Numbered from the stretch's first letter, positions 1 through 9,207 are shown. The stretch is DNA of 64,000 bases from Synechococcus sp. (GCA_051439605.1 JBFRWN010000077.1:1-64000), one strand, 5' to 3'. Made by a program: numbers and translations. The notes: generated by a model not told the origin, from the sequence alone.

Positions 1-120
1 TTGCCCTTGCCTTAAGCTAGTCGTTATCGTCTCTCGGCTCCTATTTCTTTCGAGCATTTGGACGCTGGTTCTCCGACAGGGGACTTTCACCCCATTAGTT
101 CATGCCCATGCCGGGCGTAC
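1..120 (-). mobile_element. 5' end (domain I) of a group IIC-attC intron; remainder and RT ORF lie left of the window
   Basis: Minus strand from 120 reads GTACGCCCGGCATGGGCATGAACTAATGGGGTGAAAGTCCCC...CTAGCTTAAGGCAAGGG, typical of IIC intron 5' ends. It directly follows bottom-strand TTGT (IBS1) of an attC site. Confidence 0.88.
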
Positions 121-187
121 ACAAGGCGCTGCTGTCGGACAAATTTCCCGCTGCGCTCTAAATTTGCCGCAGAGCGCGGCGTTAGAC
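121..187 (+). other. Integron attC site 1, R'' box split by the intron
   Basis: (TA)ACAA-GGCGCTGCTGTCGGAC-AAATTT...AAATTT-GCCGCAGAGCGC-GGC-GTTAGAC: imperfect inverted repeat ending in R' GTTAGAC at 181-187. Confidence 0.9.
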
Positions 188-209
188 CTCCACCTAGAAG
201 GATTCATCA

Positions 210-800
210 ATGAAAGTAGGCCTAATAATCCGAGGACGATGGAGATCTCCAAACCACTCGAAAGATAAGAGACTTGATGATTCACATCAGATCAAGAAAG
301 AAATATTAAAAGAGGTAAAGAGTTACAGAAAATATGTTGTAAAAAATCCAGATATCGATGTTAATTCAGAAGGTAAAATTGTCCTTATAGGGGCAGTAAG
401 AGGGCAATATAAAGGTATAACATTACCAACAGATTTGCATATTCAAGACTTCGGGTTCGTGATTCACCTTACTCGACTGGATGCTAAACACACCGAGGTT
501 CAGTTACTTTTTCCTCTGTCTTTTGAAGAAAATTTGCAGTACGAAAGCCAAGAAATAGAGACCGATTTCTTGGCTTTATCCAGGATCTATATTGTGCCTG
601 ATAACGATGATATTCTTGATGAACTCATAAAGCACATTTTAATTACACACCCTGAGGGCAACCATAGTGTGTTTGTTAGTGTTGTACCTGATGAGAAATC
701 CTGATTAAATTAAACTATTGAGAGAGAATCTTTGGGGGATTTGATAGAATGTCAGGATGTCATTGAATTCCGAACTATTTCTCCTAAACTGCTAAGCTGA
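210..800 (+). pseudogene. Cassette 1 hypothetical protein, probably truncated by two nonsense codons (open part 210-704)
   Basis: After TGA 702-704 and TAA 711-713 the same frame continues (TIERESLGDLIECQDVIEFRTISPKLLS) to TGA 798-800, 7 bp before the next R'' box; low GC. Confidence 0.6.
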
Positions 801-807
801 GGGCTCC

Positions 808-898
808 GTCTAGCATGACGCTGTCCACGGATCGGCAGGCCAGAATGCTCGCTTTTCCCGGTAAATATATACCCGACCGGTACGCTGCAACGTTAGGT
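808..898 (+). other. attC site 2 (degenerate)
   Basis: R'' GTCTAGC 808-814 is one mismatch from the complement of the cassette's leading GTTAGAC; R' GTTAGGT 892-898. Confidence 0.7.
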
Positions 899-1003
899 TG
901 TCAATAGCACAAAATTTAGCAATACTTGTATTGTTTATAAAGATTATTTGCAGAAGTGCTTCTGAGTACAAATGCCGATAGATAATATAATTAAGTCATA
1001 GAG

Positions 1004-1046
1004 CATAGAAGTTCTCTAAGAAATTAGAGAAGAGAGAACTGCTATG
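1004..1046. repeat. 43-bp palindromic mini-element inside ORF-less cassette 2
   Basis: CATAGAAGTTCTCT (1004-1017) and AGAGAACTGCTATG (1033-1046) are 14-bp inverted repeats with one mismatch. Confidence 0.55.
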
Positions 1047-1088
1047 TTTCGACCAAAGAGGTTAAAGTCTGAAAGTCAAGAATAGAGG

Positions 1089-1187
1089 CAGCTAGGAGAT
1101 CTGCTTCAACAGCAGGACGCTGATGATATTCGGAAATAAACCATCAAATTTAGCTTTTGCTCGCGCCGGAGATTGCGACCGTTATAC
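1089..1187 (+). other. attC site 3 (strongly degenerate left half)
   Basis: Right half ...GCGCCGGAGATTGCGACC-GTTATAC with R' at 1181-1187; left boundary approximate. Confidence 0.55.
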
Positions 1188-1209
1188 ATAGAATATGGAG
1201 CTATGAAAG

Positions 1210-1698
1210 ATGAAAGCTAGAGAGCCATGTCCTCTTGCAGGAAAATTTAGCCTTTGGGAGAAAATCTATGCCCAATCTTCATTCATAGCAATGGGAATTT
1301 TTGGCACAGTTGGAATAATTCTCGAAGCTTGGATTTGGGTCATTCCATACATCATTGTCTATTGGTATGGAATTCTAGGGGTAGTTGTGAGGCATTTGAC
1401 TTGTACCAGATGTCCTCACCTATATGAATATGGAGATTGTCTGCAAGCCTCGCCAACCACAATCAAATGGCTTATTAAAAAACGAAAAACGACTCCATTT
1501 AGTGCGTTTGAAAAGTTTCTGTTTTACACGATCTTCATTCTTATTCCGACCTATCCCCTATACTGGTTGCGATTGAATCCAATATTGCTAAGCGCATTTT
1601 GGATAACGGCAAGCATGTGGTATTTAGGTCAGTTTTTCTACTTTTGCAAGCGATGCAGGGTTAAAGAATGCCCTTTTAATCGAGTTGTTTGGGCGTGA
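1210..1698 (+). CDS. Cassette 3: Cys-rich membrane protein of unknown function
   Basis: About four hydrophobic segments, CTRCPH and CKRCRVKEC motifs, GGAG RBS just after R'. Confidence 0.8.
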   Translation: MKAREPCPLAGKFSLWEKIYAQSSFIAMGIFGTVGIILEAWIWVIPYIIVYWYGILGVVVRHLTCTRCPHLYEYGDCLQASPTTIKWLIKKRKTTPFSAFEKFLFYTIFILIPTYPLYWLRLNPILLSAFWITASMWYLGQFFYFCKRCRVKECPFNRVVWA

Positions 1699-1715
1699 GT
1701 TGTTCAAATAATCAG

Positions 1716-1826
1716 ATGTATGACGTGGCAATTCAACCAGGACGCAAATTACGCTGGCGCTTCATGCTCAAAGTCCCTTAGATATACTTCGAGAAAATCC
1801 AGTTTCTTTTTAATGAATAGTTGGCA
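1716..1826 (+). other. attC site 4 (degenerate)
   Basis: R'' ATGTATGAC 1716-1724 matches the complement of the cassette's leading GTTATACAT with one mismatch; L''-like CAATTCAACCAGGAC; R' GTTGGCA 1820-1826. Confidence 0.6.
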
Positions 1827-1849
1827 TCTAAATAAAAGGAGTAAACAGT

Positions 1850-2623
1850 ATGAAGCAGTGGTATGAAGAATTGTTTGAAAATTACGGGATGACATATGAT
1901 AAAGAAAGTTTCACTCAAGGAACCATTGGAGAATGCGATTTTATTGAAAAAGAAATTGATTGCAATAAAAACGCAAGAATATTGGATATAGGGTGTGGAA
2001 CAGGAAGGCATTCAATTGAATTATCCAGAAGAGGCTATTACGTTGTTGGAATTGATTTGTCAGAATCACTTTTGAAACGCGCAAAAGAAAAAGCAACCGA
2101 GCGGAATCTGAAAATAGAGTTCCAAAAGAATGACGCCAGAAGCCTTAATTTCTTTCATAAATTCGACTTGGCCATAATGCTGTGTGAAGGCGCATTTCCT
2201 TTGATGGAAACCGATGAGATGAATTTTAAGATTCTCCAAAATGCCGCCAACGCTTTAAAACCAAACGGTAAATTGATTTTTACCACCTTGAATGGTTTGT
2301 TCCCTCTGTTTCATTCAGTCAAGGAATTCATCAACAAGGGCTGTACAGAAGGCACTTTATCAGAGAATACGTTTGATTTAATGAAATTTAGAGATTATTC
2401 AATCTATGAAACTGTAGATGATGAAGGCAAAAAGAAAACAATTCACTGTAATGAAAGGTATTACGTACCATCGGAAATAACTTGGCTATTGAAAACGCTG
2501 AATTTTAAAACTATTGATATATTCGGGGCAAAACTAGGTGCTTTTACAAGGGATGACAAATTGACAACTGAAGATTATGAAATGCTAGTGATAGCGGAAA
2601 AAAAATGCAAACAACTGCATTAA
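1850..2623 (+). CDS. Cassette 4: class I SAM-dependent methyltransferase
   Basis: ILDIGCGTG motif I, VVGIDLS, LKPNGK; AAGGAG RBS; stop codon inside the attC. Confidence 0.92.
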   Translation: MKQWYEELFENYGMTYDKESFTQGTIGECDFIEKEIDCNKNARILDIGCGTGRHSIELSRRGYYVVGIDLSESLLKRAKEKATERNLKIEFQKNDARSLNFFHKFDLAIMLCEGAFPLMETDEMNFKILQNAANALKPNGKLIFTTLNGLFPLFHSVKEFINKGCTEGTLSENTFDLMKFRDYSIYETVDDEGKKKTIHCNERYYVPSEITWLLKTLNFKTIDIFGAKLGAFTRDDKLTTEDYEMLVIAEKKCKQLH

Positions 2624-2680
2624 ACCCGACTGACGATTCCGCCGCGATCCATTGTCAGCCGGTTATGCGGAGCGTTAGGC
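2605..2680 (+). other. attC site 5 (last of the array)
   Basis: R'' ATGCAAAC (one mismatch to the complement of leading GTTGGCAT); GCATTAAACCCGACTGAC pairs with GTCAGCCGGTTATGC; R' GTTAGGC 2674-2680. Confidence 0.85.
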
Positions 2681-2694
2681 TATCCTTTCGCTAA

Positions 2695-2858
2695 GAGAAT
2701 GTTTGAAAAGGTATTGGCTGTGATGTTAAGCACTACAGGATCCCCCCTAGCCCCCCTTGGGAAGGGGGGAAACAGGCTCAAAAGTCCCCCTTCTTAAGGG
2801 GGATTTAGGGGGATCTGGATAGTTTTGATAAATCGTCAGGGACTTTTAAAACATCCTC
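2695..2858. mobile_element. 164-bp MITE with IS5-family (IS1031-like) ends containing an inverted pair of REP-like hairpins
   Basis: TIRs GAGAATGTTTGAAAAG / CTTTTAAAACATCCTC (2 mismatches), flanking TAA duplication at 2692-2694 and 2859-2861, no ORF. Confidence 0.8.
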
Positions 2859-2861
2859 TAA

Positions 2862-2945
2862 GCCACGATCGCAGCAATAGAGGAAACAGGCGATCGCGCT
2901 TCGTTCAAAGGCTACGGCCCCGAACAGGGATAAAGCTAATTACTA
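2862..2945 (+). pseudogene. dapL: Remnant of a second dapL allele
   Basis: 2862-2930 aligns ungapped to 3775-3843 (57/69 nt); encodes [23 protein letters not shown] then in-frame stops. Confidence 0.85.
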
Positions 2946-3010
2946 GACGATTGAAACTGATAAAGCAATGGCAATGACTTGGAGCAAGCGAAAACCTGAA
3001 GCCTCAAACA

Positions 3011-3043
3011 TCCCCCCCTTCCCAAGGGGGGCTAGGGGGGATC
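3011..3043. repeat. REP-like hairpin unit left of DUF559 gene
   Basis: TCCCCCCCTTCCCAAGGGGGGCTAGGGGGGATC; near-exact reverse complement of 2739-2770. Confidence 0.85.
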
Positions 3044-3044
3044 G

Positions 3045-3416
3045 ATGCCCCTAACCACCAGCAACTACCACCTCCCCTACAACCCCGCCCTAGTAGCCAG
3101 AGCCAAAGAACTCCGCAAAAACATGACCCCAGCGGAGAAAAAACTATGGAACCAGTATCTAAAGAAATTCAAATTCAGAGTTCTCAGACAACGCCCCATC
3201 GACCATTTCATCGTTGACTTCTATTGCCCCAAGCTCAAGCTCGTCATTGAGATTGACGGAGACAGCCACTTTACGGATGAGGGACAAGCCTACGATCGAG
3301 AACGAACTCAAAGATTGGAAGGCTATGGGTTGAGGGTGATTCGATTTACGAATCAGCAGGTTTTTCGCGAGTTTGAGAGGGTTTGCGAGCAGGTAGAGCT
3401 TTGGATCCCCCCTTGA
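3045..3416 (+). CDS. DUF559 / Vsr-like PD-(D/E)XK endonuclease domain protein
   Basis: AKELRKNMTPAEKKLW, RQRPIDHFIVDFYC, LVIEIDGDSH, D..R...L..G.RVIRF.N signature. Confidence 0.92.
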   Translation: MPLTTSNYHLPYNPALVARAKELRKNMTPAEKKLWNQYLKKFKFRVLRQRPIDHFIVDFYCPKLKLVIEIDGDSHFTDEGQAYDRERTQRLEGYGLRVIRFTNQQVFREFERVCEQVELWIPP

Positions 3417-3441
3417 TCCCCCCTTCCCAAGGGGGGCTAGG
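3404..3441. repeat. REP-like hairpin unit right of and overlapping the DUF559 stop
   Basis: GATCCCCCCTTGATCCCCCCTTCCCAAGGGGGGCTAGG; direct repeat of the left unit. Confidence 0.85.
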
Positions 3442-3612
3442 TGGCGGGTGGGTTGGGAAATTTCTGCAATCGAGCTGTAGATTATCTTCCGGTGTTGAAG
3501 CTGTTGGCCCGATCTTGATTATTCCGCAATCTACGGGACACTTCGGGCGAGTACTGGAGCGGGTCGCAGTTTATCGCTAAGCTGTTGAGTGCGTTGTAGC
3601 AACCCTCCCAAC

Positions 3613-4848
3613 ATGGCAACCATTAACGACAATTTTCTCAAGCTAAAAGCAGGCTATCTGTTCCCCGAAATTGCCCGTCGAGTCAAGGCATATGCGGAAG
3701 CAAACCCCGACGCTCCCATTATTAAGTTGGGGATTGGCGACGTAACAGAACCCCTGCCAGAAGCCTGCCGCACAGCCATGATTGCGGCCGTGGAGGAAAT
3801 GGGCGATCGCGCAACATTCAAAGGATACGGCCCCGAACAGGGATACGGCTGGTTGCGAGAGGCGATCGCCACAACCGACTTCCAATCCCGAGGCTGCGAC
3901 ATCGACGCCTCCGAAATCTTCATCTCCGATGGAGCCAAGTGCGACTGCGGCAACATCCTGGATATCTTCGGCCACAACAACACCATCGCCGTTACCGACC
4001 CCGTCTACCCCGTCTACGTAGACACCAACGTCATGGCCGGTAACACCAGAGAGGCAGACGACAGCGGCAAATACGGTGGCTTGGTCTACATGCCCATCTC
4101 CGCCGACAACAACTTCACCGCCGAAATCCCCTCCCAAAAAGTAGACCTGATCTACCTCTGCTTCCCCAATAACCCGACTGGTGCAACCGCCACCAAAGAG
4201 CATCTGCAGCAGTGGGTGGACTACGCCAAAGCCAACGGCTCCATCATCCTGTTCGACGCTGCCTACGAAGCCTTCATCACCGACGACTCCCTGCCCCACT
4301 CCATCTACGAAATTGAAGGGGCGCGGGATTGCGCGATCGAATTCCGCTCCTTCTCTAAAAACGCAGGGTTTACCGGCACCCGCTGCGCCCTAACTGTCGT
4401 ACCCAAATCTCTAACCGGCAAAGCTGCCGACGGCTCCGATGTAGAGCTACACCAACTGTGGAACCGCCGCCAATCCACCAAGTTCAACGGCGTGTCCTAC
4501 ATCGTGCAGCGGGGGGCAGAAGCGGTCTACTCTGCTGAAGGTAAAGCCCAAACCAAAGCCCTGATTGCCTTCTACTTAGAAAATGCCCGCATCATTTGCG
4601 AGCAGCTCACTACCGCTGGCCTGCAGGTTTACGGTGGCGTTAACGCTCCCTACGTCTGGGTTAAAACCTCCAACGGCCTCTCTAGCTGGGATTTCTTCGA
4701 CAAGCTGCTGACTGCCACCCACATTGTGGGCACCCCCGGCTCCGGCTTCGGCGCTGCAGGCGAAGGCTACTTCCGCATTTCCGCCTTCAACAGTCGCGAG
4801 AATGTGAACGAGGCCACTCGCCGGATTGTGGAGAAGTTCTCTGTCTAG
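3613..4848 (+). CDS. dapL: LL-diaminopimelate aminotransferase
   Basis: [45 protein letters not shown] (PLP lysine); ATG 3613 preferred. Confidence 0.97.
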   Translation: MATINDNFLKLKAGYLFPEIARRVKAYAEANPDAPIIKLGIGDVTEPLPEACRTAMIAAVEEMGDRATFKGYGPEQGYGWLREAIATTDFQSRGCDIDASEIFISDGAKCDCGNILDIFGHNNTIAVTDPVYPVYVDTNVMAGNTREADDSGKYGGLVYMPISADNNFTAEIPSQKVDLIYLCFPNNPTGATATKEHLQQWVDYAKANGSIILFDAAYEAFITDDSLPHSIYEIEGARDCAIEFRSFSKNAGFTGTRCALTVVPKSLTGKAADGSDVELHQLWNRRQSTKFNGVSYIVQRGAEAVYSAEGKAQTKALIAFYLENARIICEQLTTAGLQVYGGVNAPYVWVKTSNGLSSWDFFDKLLTATHIVGTPGSGFGAAGEGYFRISAFNSRENVNEATRRIVEKFSV

Positions 4849-4873
4849 TTGCCAAACAGCAGCAGCTTGCCTA

Positions 4874-4972
4874 TATATCGGTGGTCATCTCAGTTAAGTC
4901 AGACAAACAGTTCTATTCTTAGGCAGGGGTCTGGATAGCTGAGATGTCCTCAGCATCTTGACGGTCGCTACA
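4874..4972 (+). repeat. ~95-bp dispersed repeat, copy 1
   Basis: GTCATCTCAGTTA...TAGCTGAGATGTCCTCAGCATCTTGACGGTCGCTA; similar to four other intergenic loci. Confidence 0.75.
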
Positions 4973-4992
4973 AAATTGGCATGACTTCGATT

Positions 4993-5030
4993 TCAAAAGC
5001 CCATCTGCGAGTAATCCAGATGGGCTTTGA
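4993..5030 (-). terminator. Intrinsic terminator hairpin between convergent dapL and ureC
   Basis: AAAGCCCATCTG-N9-CAGATGGGCTTT. Confidence 0.7.
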
Positions 5031-5056
5031 CGTTGAATGTGTTTAAGCTCGTCAAT

Positions 5057-6775
5057 CTAAAACAGGAAATACCGCTGCGCCATCGGAAGCACCTCTGCCG
5101 GCTCGCAGGTCAGTAACTCTCCATCTGCGCGAACCTCGTAAGTTTCGGGATTCACTTCAATGTGCGGAGTCTCGGTATTCAGCTTCAAATCCGCTTTACT
5201 AATTTCCCGACAGTTTCCCACCCCAAACACTGGCCGCTGCAGTCCCAACTGCTCGGGGATGCCGTTTTCTACCCCCGCTTGCGACATAAATATCAGGCTA
5301 GTTTGCTCCATCGCTTTACCAAAGCCCCCAAACATGGGACGGGAATGCACCGGCTGCGGTGTAGGAATCGAGGCATTCGGGTCTCCCATTTGGGCGTATG
5401 CGATCGTCCCACCCTTCAACACGAGTTCCGGTTTGACCCCAAAAAACGCCGGCTTCCAAATACATAGGTCAGCCAGCTTTCCTACTTCGATAGATCCAAT
5501 GACAGTATCGAGACCGTGGGCAATCGCTGGACAAATCGTATACTTAGCCACGTACCGCTTGGCCCGATGGTTGTCATTGCGATCGCTATCCTGCGGCAGC
5601 GGTCCCCGCTGATCCTTCATCTTGGAGGCGGTCTGCCAGGTGCGGATAATCACCTCTCCCACCCGCCCCATTGCTTGCGAGTCGGAGGCAATAATGCTGA
5701 ACACTCCCATGTCGTGCAGGATGTCTTCTGCGGCAATTGTTTGCGGACGAATGCGGGATTCGGCAAACGCCACATCCTCCGGCACATCCTTACTGAGGTG
5801 GTGGCACACCATCAGCATGTCAAGATGCTCTTCGATTGTATTCACCGTGAAAGGACGAGTGGGGTTCGTGCTGCTGGGTAGAACGTTGGGCTCAGAGGCA
5901 ATTCGAATAATGTCGGGGGCATGGCCTCCCCCCGCCCCTTCCGTATGAAACGTGTGGATCGTGCGACCGTTGATGGCGGCGATCGTATCCTCTACAAAAG
6001 CAGACTCGTTTAACGTATCCGTATGAATCAGCGCCTGAATATCGTATTGGTCGCAAATATCCAGGCAAGTATCGATAACTGCTGGAGTCGAGCCCCAGTC
6101 TTCATGCATTTTTAGGCCGCAAGCCCCCGCTTCCACCTGTTCTGCTAATGATTCGGGCAAAGAGCTATTGCCCTTCCCGAAGAATCCCAGATTCAGCGGA
6201 AATGCTTCTGCTGCTTGAAACATCTTGCCGAGATTCCAGGCTCCTGGCGTACAGGTCGTGGCATTCGTGCCCGTTGCAGGGCCGGTGCCCCCTCCCAACA
6301 GGGTGGTTACGCCAGAGGCGATCGCAAATTCGCACAGCTGCGGACAAATGAAGTGAACGTGAGTGTCCAGCCCCCCGGCAGTCACAATCGTGTTTTCCCC
6401 GGCGATCGCTTCAGTTGAAGCACCCACCACCATTCCGGGGGTGACCCCATCCTGAATGTTCGGATTTCCAGCTTTACCAATCCCAACAATGTAACCATCC
6501 CGAATCCCGATATCTGCTTTGACGATTCCCCACCAATCCAGAATCAGGGCATTGGTAATCACGACATCTAATGCCCCCTTGCCTCGGGTAGCCGTCGGCG
6601 ATTGTCCCATCCCATCCCGAATGGTTTTTCCTCCCCCAAACTTGACCTCTTCTCCATAGGTGGTGAAATCCCGTTCCACCTCAATCGCGAGTGAGGTATC
6701 GGCCAATCGCACGCGATCGCCCACTGTCGGCCCGTAGCTGCTGACATACTGGCGGCGGGGAATTTCCAGGGTCAT
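5057..6775 (-). CDS. ureC: Urease subunit alpha
   Basis: [44 protein letters not shown]. Confidence 0.99.
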   Translation of the reverse strand: MTLEIPRRQYVSSYGPTVGDRVRLADTSLAIEVERDFTTYGEEVKFGGGKTIRDGMGQSPTATRGKGALDVVITNALILDWWGIVKADIGIRDGYIVGIGKAGNPNIQDGVTPGMVVGASTEAIAGENTIVTAGGLDTHVHFICPQLCEFAIASGVTTLLGGGTGPATGTNATTCTPGAWNLGKMFQAAEAFPLNLGFFGKGNSSLPESLAEQVEAGACGLKMHEDWGSTPAVIDTCLDICDQYDIQALIHTDTLNESAFVEDTIAAINGRTIHTFHTEGAGGGHAPDIIRIASEPNVLPSSTNPTRPFTVNTIEEHLDMLMVCHHLSKDVPEDVAFAESRIRPQTIAAEDILHDMGVFSIIASDSQAMGRVGEVIIRTWQTASKMKDQRGPLPQDSDRNDNHRAKRYVAKYTICPAIAHGLDTVIGSIEVGKLADLCIWKPAFFGVKPELVLKGGTIAYAQMGDPNASIPTPQPVHSRPMFGGFGKAMEQTSLIFMSQAGVENGIPEQLGLQRPVFGVGNCREISKADLKLNTETPHIEVNPETYEVRADGELLTCEPAEVLPMAQRYFLF

Positions 6776-7009
6776 GACGACAATCCTAACGGGTCTGTTT
6801 GCGTGTATATCACACCCACACCCAGTCGCAAGCCCCTTTGCACCGATTCATAACAATCAATCAGTAGCCAGAGGATTTGCAACATCGAATAATTTGGTAG
6901 AAGTCACACGCTGTGCCTCAAAACACTGTTCAGAGAAATCCTTATGTGGACAAAACTGGAGGAACGTAAGACAGTAGAGTCCAAATAGGTGTTCTGGCGA
7001 GAGTTACCG

Positions 7010-7393
7010 ATGGGACTAATTTCTACAAGGCAATACGATCGCACGCTCCGCTTTGTGAATGATGTTGCGCGCATAATTCGCACTAGCCCCCCCGTACAGA
7101 TTATTCGACGGCTGCATGCCCAATCATTCGCCGAAGTACAACAGGCACAGGCCGGCATCGAGCGCCACTATCAATTTCAGCAGCGTCACCCCTCCCAACC
7201 CACTCCCCCTCGCCAATCTCATCCCCGATCGGATGCGTCCCCAGCGAATGGAATGCCTCGTCCCCTGCCTCCCTCCAACCGCAGGCCGATGGGCCAGCTC
7301 CTGCCGCCTTCCCCCCGGACCCAACCCAGATCCCAACCCCCTACGCCATCTCCTGACCCGCAACCTTGGCAACGGGACTATCGCGATCGCTAG
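7010..7393 (+). CDS. Hypothetical protein with Pro/Gln-rich tail
   Basis: Only plausible ORF in the gap; helical-looking N-terminus. Confidence 0.6.
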   Translation: MGLISTRQYDRTLRFVNDVARIIRTSPPVQIIRRLHAQSFAEVQQAQAGIERHYQFQQRHPSQPTPPRQSHPRSDASPANGMPRPLPPSNRRPMGQLLPPSPRTQPRSQPPTPSPDPQPWQRDYRDR

Positions 7394-7609
7394 CGGAAAG
7401 TCTTGGCGAGTTAGGCAACCCTTTCCCACTCGGGTGATTGTAAGGGGTACTGTCCAAGAAACTTTTTCTGCCAAACAGTGACAGATGGACGCTCAATCTC
7501 CTAAGATGATAGACCGTGACTAATAATTGCTCGGATCGGGTTTAAGGCAGCCAGTTGCTGAACCATTTAGCACTCTGATTGGCTCCCGTACGGCAGGGAA
7601 AATTGAGAA

Positions 7610-7981
7610 ATGACTTACGCAATTGTCGAGACAGGTGGTAAGCAGCTTTGGGCAGAGCCCGGTCGCTTCTATGACGTGGAGCTGCTGAAGGATGAACCCG
7701 ATTCGGTCATCGATCTCTCTAACGTCTTATTGGTCAACGACGGAGAAGATGTCACCGTCGGTCAACCCTACGTCAAAGGGGCAGTGGTTAAGGCCAGAGT
7801 CCTGCAACACCGGCGTGGCCCCAAGGTTATCGTCTACAAGATGAAGCCCAAGAAAAAAACCCGCAAGAAGAACGGTCACCGTCAAAACCTCACTCGTTTG
7901 ATGATTGAGTCCATCGAAATCGGTGGTAAGTCCCTGGGCGCAGATGTTGCGGCAGCACCTGCCGAAGATGCAGCCGAATAA
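7610..7981 (+). CDS. rplU: 50S ribosomal protein L21
   Basis: [26 protein letters not shown]. Confidence 0.99.
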   Translation: MTYAIVETGGKQLWAEPGRFYDVELLKDEPDSVIDLSNVLLVNDGEDVTVGQPYVKGAVVKARVLQHRRGPKVIVYKMKPKKKTRKKNGHRQNLTRLMIESIEIGGKSLGADVAAAPAEDAAE

Positions 7982-8030
7982 TCAACTTTAAGTTTATTGT
8001 CCGCACAAGTGCAGAAAAGGAGTAAGGTCT

Positions 8031-8312
8031 GTGGCACACAAAAAAGGAACCGGTAGTACTCGGAACGGCCGTGATTCTAATGCTAAACGCCTAGGAGTTA
8101 AACGCTACGGCGGTCAAAAAGTTATTCCTGGTAATATTTTGGTTCGTCAGCGTGGCACGAAGTTCCACCCTGGCGTCAACGTGATGAAGGGAAGCGATGA
8201 CACCCTGTTTGCGGTTGCAGAAGGTATCGTATGCTTCGAGCGTTTCGGTAAAAAGCGCCAGCGTGTCAGCGTACGCTCTGCCGAAGAAGTAGCTGCAGCG
8301 ACGACTACATGA
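8031..8312 (+). CDS. rpmA: 50S ribosomal protein L27
   Basis: [24 protein letters not shown]. Confidence 0.99.
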   Translation: MAHKKGTGSTRNGRDSNAKRLGVKRYGGQKVIPGNILVRQRGTKFHPGVNVMKGSDDTLFAVAEGIVCFERFGKKRQRVSVRSAEEVAAATTT

Positions 8313-8393
8313 CCCAAATAACCAAAATCTTGGATTTGCTCCACCTCTTGGTGCGGTGGAAAAGATAATCATCAATTCTTAACTTTCTTAATC

Positions 8394-8419
8394 AGCTCCA
8401 GGTTATCTGGAGCTTTTTT
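8394..8419 (+). terminator. Intrinsic terminator after rpmA
   Basis: AGCTCCAG-GTTAT-CTGGAGCT followed by T run. Confidence 0.8.
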
Positions 8420-8544
8420 CTTTTTGGCATATTGCAAAGATATCCATCCTTGCCGTGGGATTGTTGGCAAGGATGAAACCTGTGACTGCTGAATTGGAAA
8501 AACTCTAGCGATGTGTGGCAAAGACCGCGGGAGTGAATCAGCCA

Positions 8545-9102
8545 TTAACTGTGGGAAGACCCTTCTGCAAAAACTTCATCTAAAGGCACTTCCAGAGCAT
8601 CGATGGTTTTGCTCCAAAAATTCATGAAGCTGATGACCGCAGTCAGTTCCACAATGTCTGCTTCACCTAGCAAAGATTTAAGACGGTCAAAAAACTCGTC
8701 AGTAACGAGCATAGAGGGGACAGTGATACGTTCAGCATATTCAATTGCCAACTGCTCTAGCTCGGAGAAAATGGGATTGTTGCGGGCTTTTGCAACTGCC
8801 GCAATCTTGGCGTCGCTGGCACCATGCTTCTTCGCCTGCAGCGTGTGGTAGGGAACGCAGTAGTGGCGGCAACCATTAATCTGGGAAACACGAATGCTGA
8901 CCAGCTCCTTCAATTCTTCAGAGAGGTTGGGGTTAGGGGCATGAATGGCACCATACAGCGTCATTGCAGCGCGCATCAACTGCGGCTTGTAGGCCATGGT
9001 TCGCAGGGGATTAAGCGCTGTCCCGTAATGCTTTTCTAGGGTGTCGTAAACCTTTTGGACTTGCTTGTCAGCATCGGCCGCTTCAACAGGAGGAATCCGC
9101 AT
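8545..9102 (-). CDS. AhpD/carboxymuconolactone decarboxylase family peroxidase-like protein
   Basis: ELVSIRVSQINGCRHYCVPYH motif (CxxxC variant of CxxC). Confidence 0.85.
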   Translation of the reverse strand: MRIPPVEAADADKQVQKVYDTLEKHYGTALNPLRTMAYKPQLMRAAMTLYGAIHAPNPNLSEELKELVSIRVSQINGCRHYCVPYHTLQAKKHGASDAKIAAVAKARNNPIFSELEQLAIEYAERITVPSMLVTDEFFDRLKSLLGEADIVELTAVISFMNFWSKTIDALEVPLDEVFAEGSSHS

Positions 9103-9207
9103 GGCAGATTTCTTAATTCTTCAAACTGCTTAAGCACTTTACCGCGTTTTGGTCAGGGTATGGATCTACTTTTTGCATGACAATTGACGGGGATCCAGCT
9201 ATCAGAA

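Noticed and set aside
2600..2623. Methyltransferase stop-loss read-through into attC5
   Set aside because: The expected original R'' is ATGCCAAC, which has no in-frame stop, so the overlap is probably original.
2695..3441. C6/G6 repeats as a CRISPR array
   Set aside because: Mixed orientation, no regular spacers, no cas genes.
5057..6775. ureC without ureAB or accessory genes
   Set aside because: Scattered urease genes are common in cyanobacteria.
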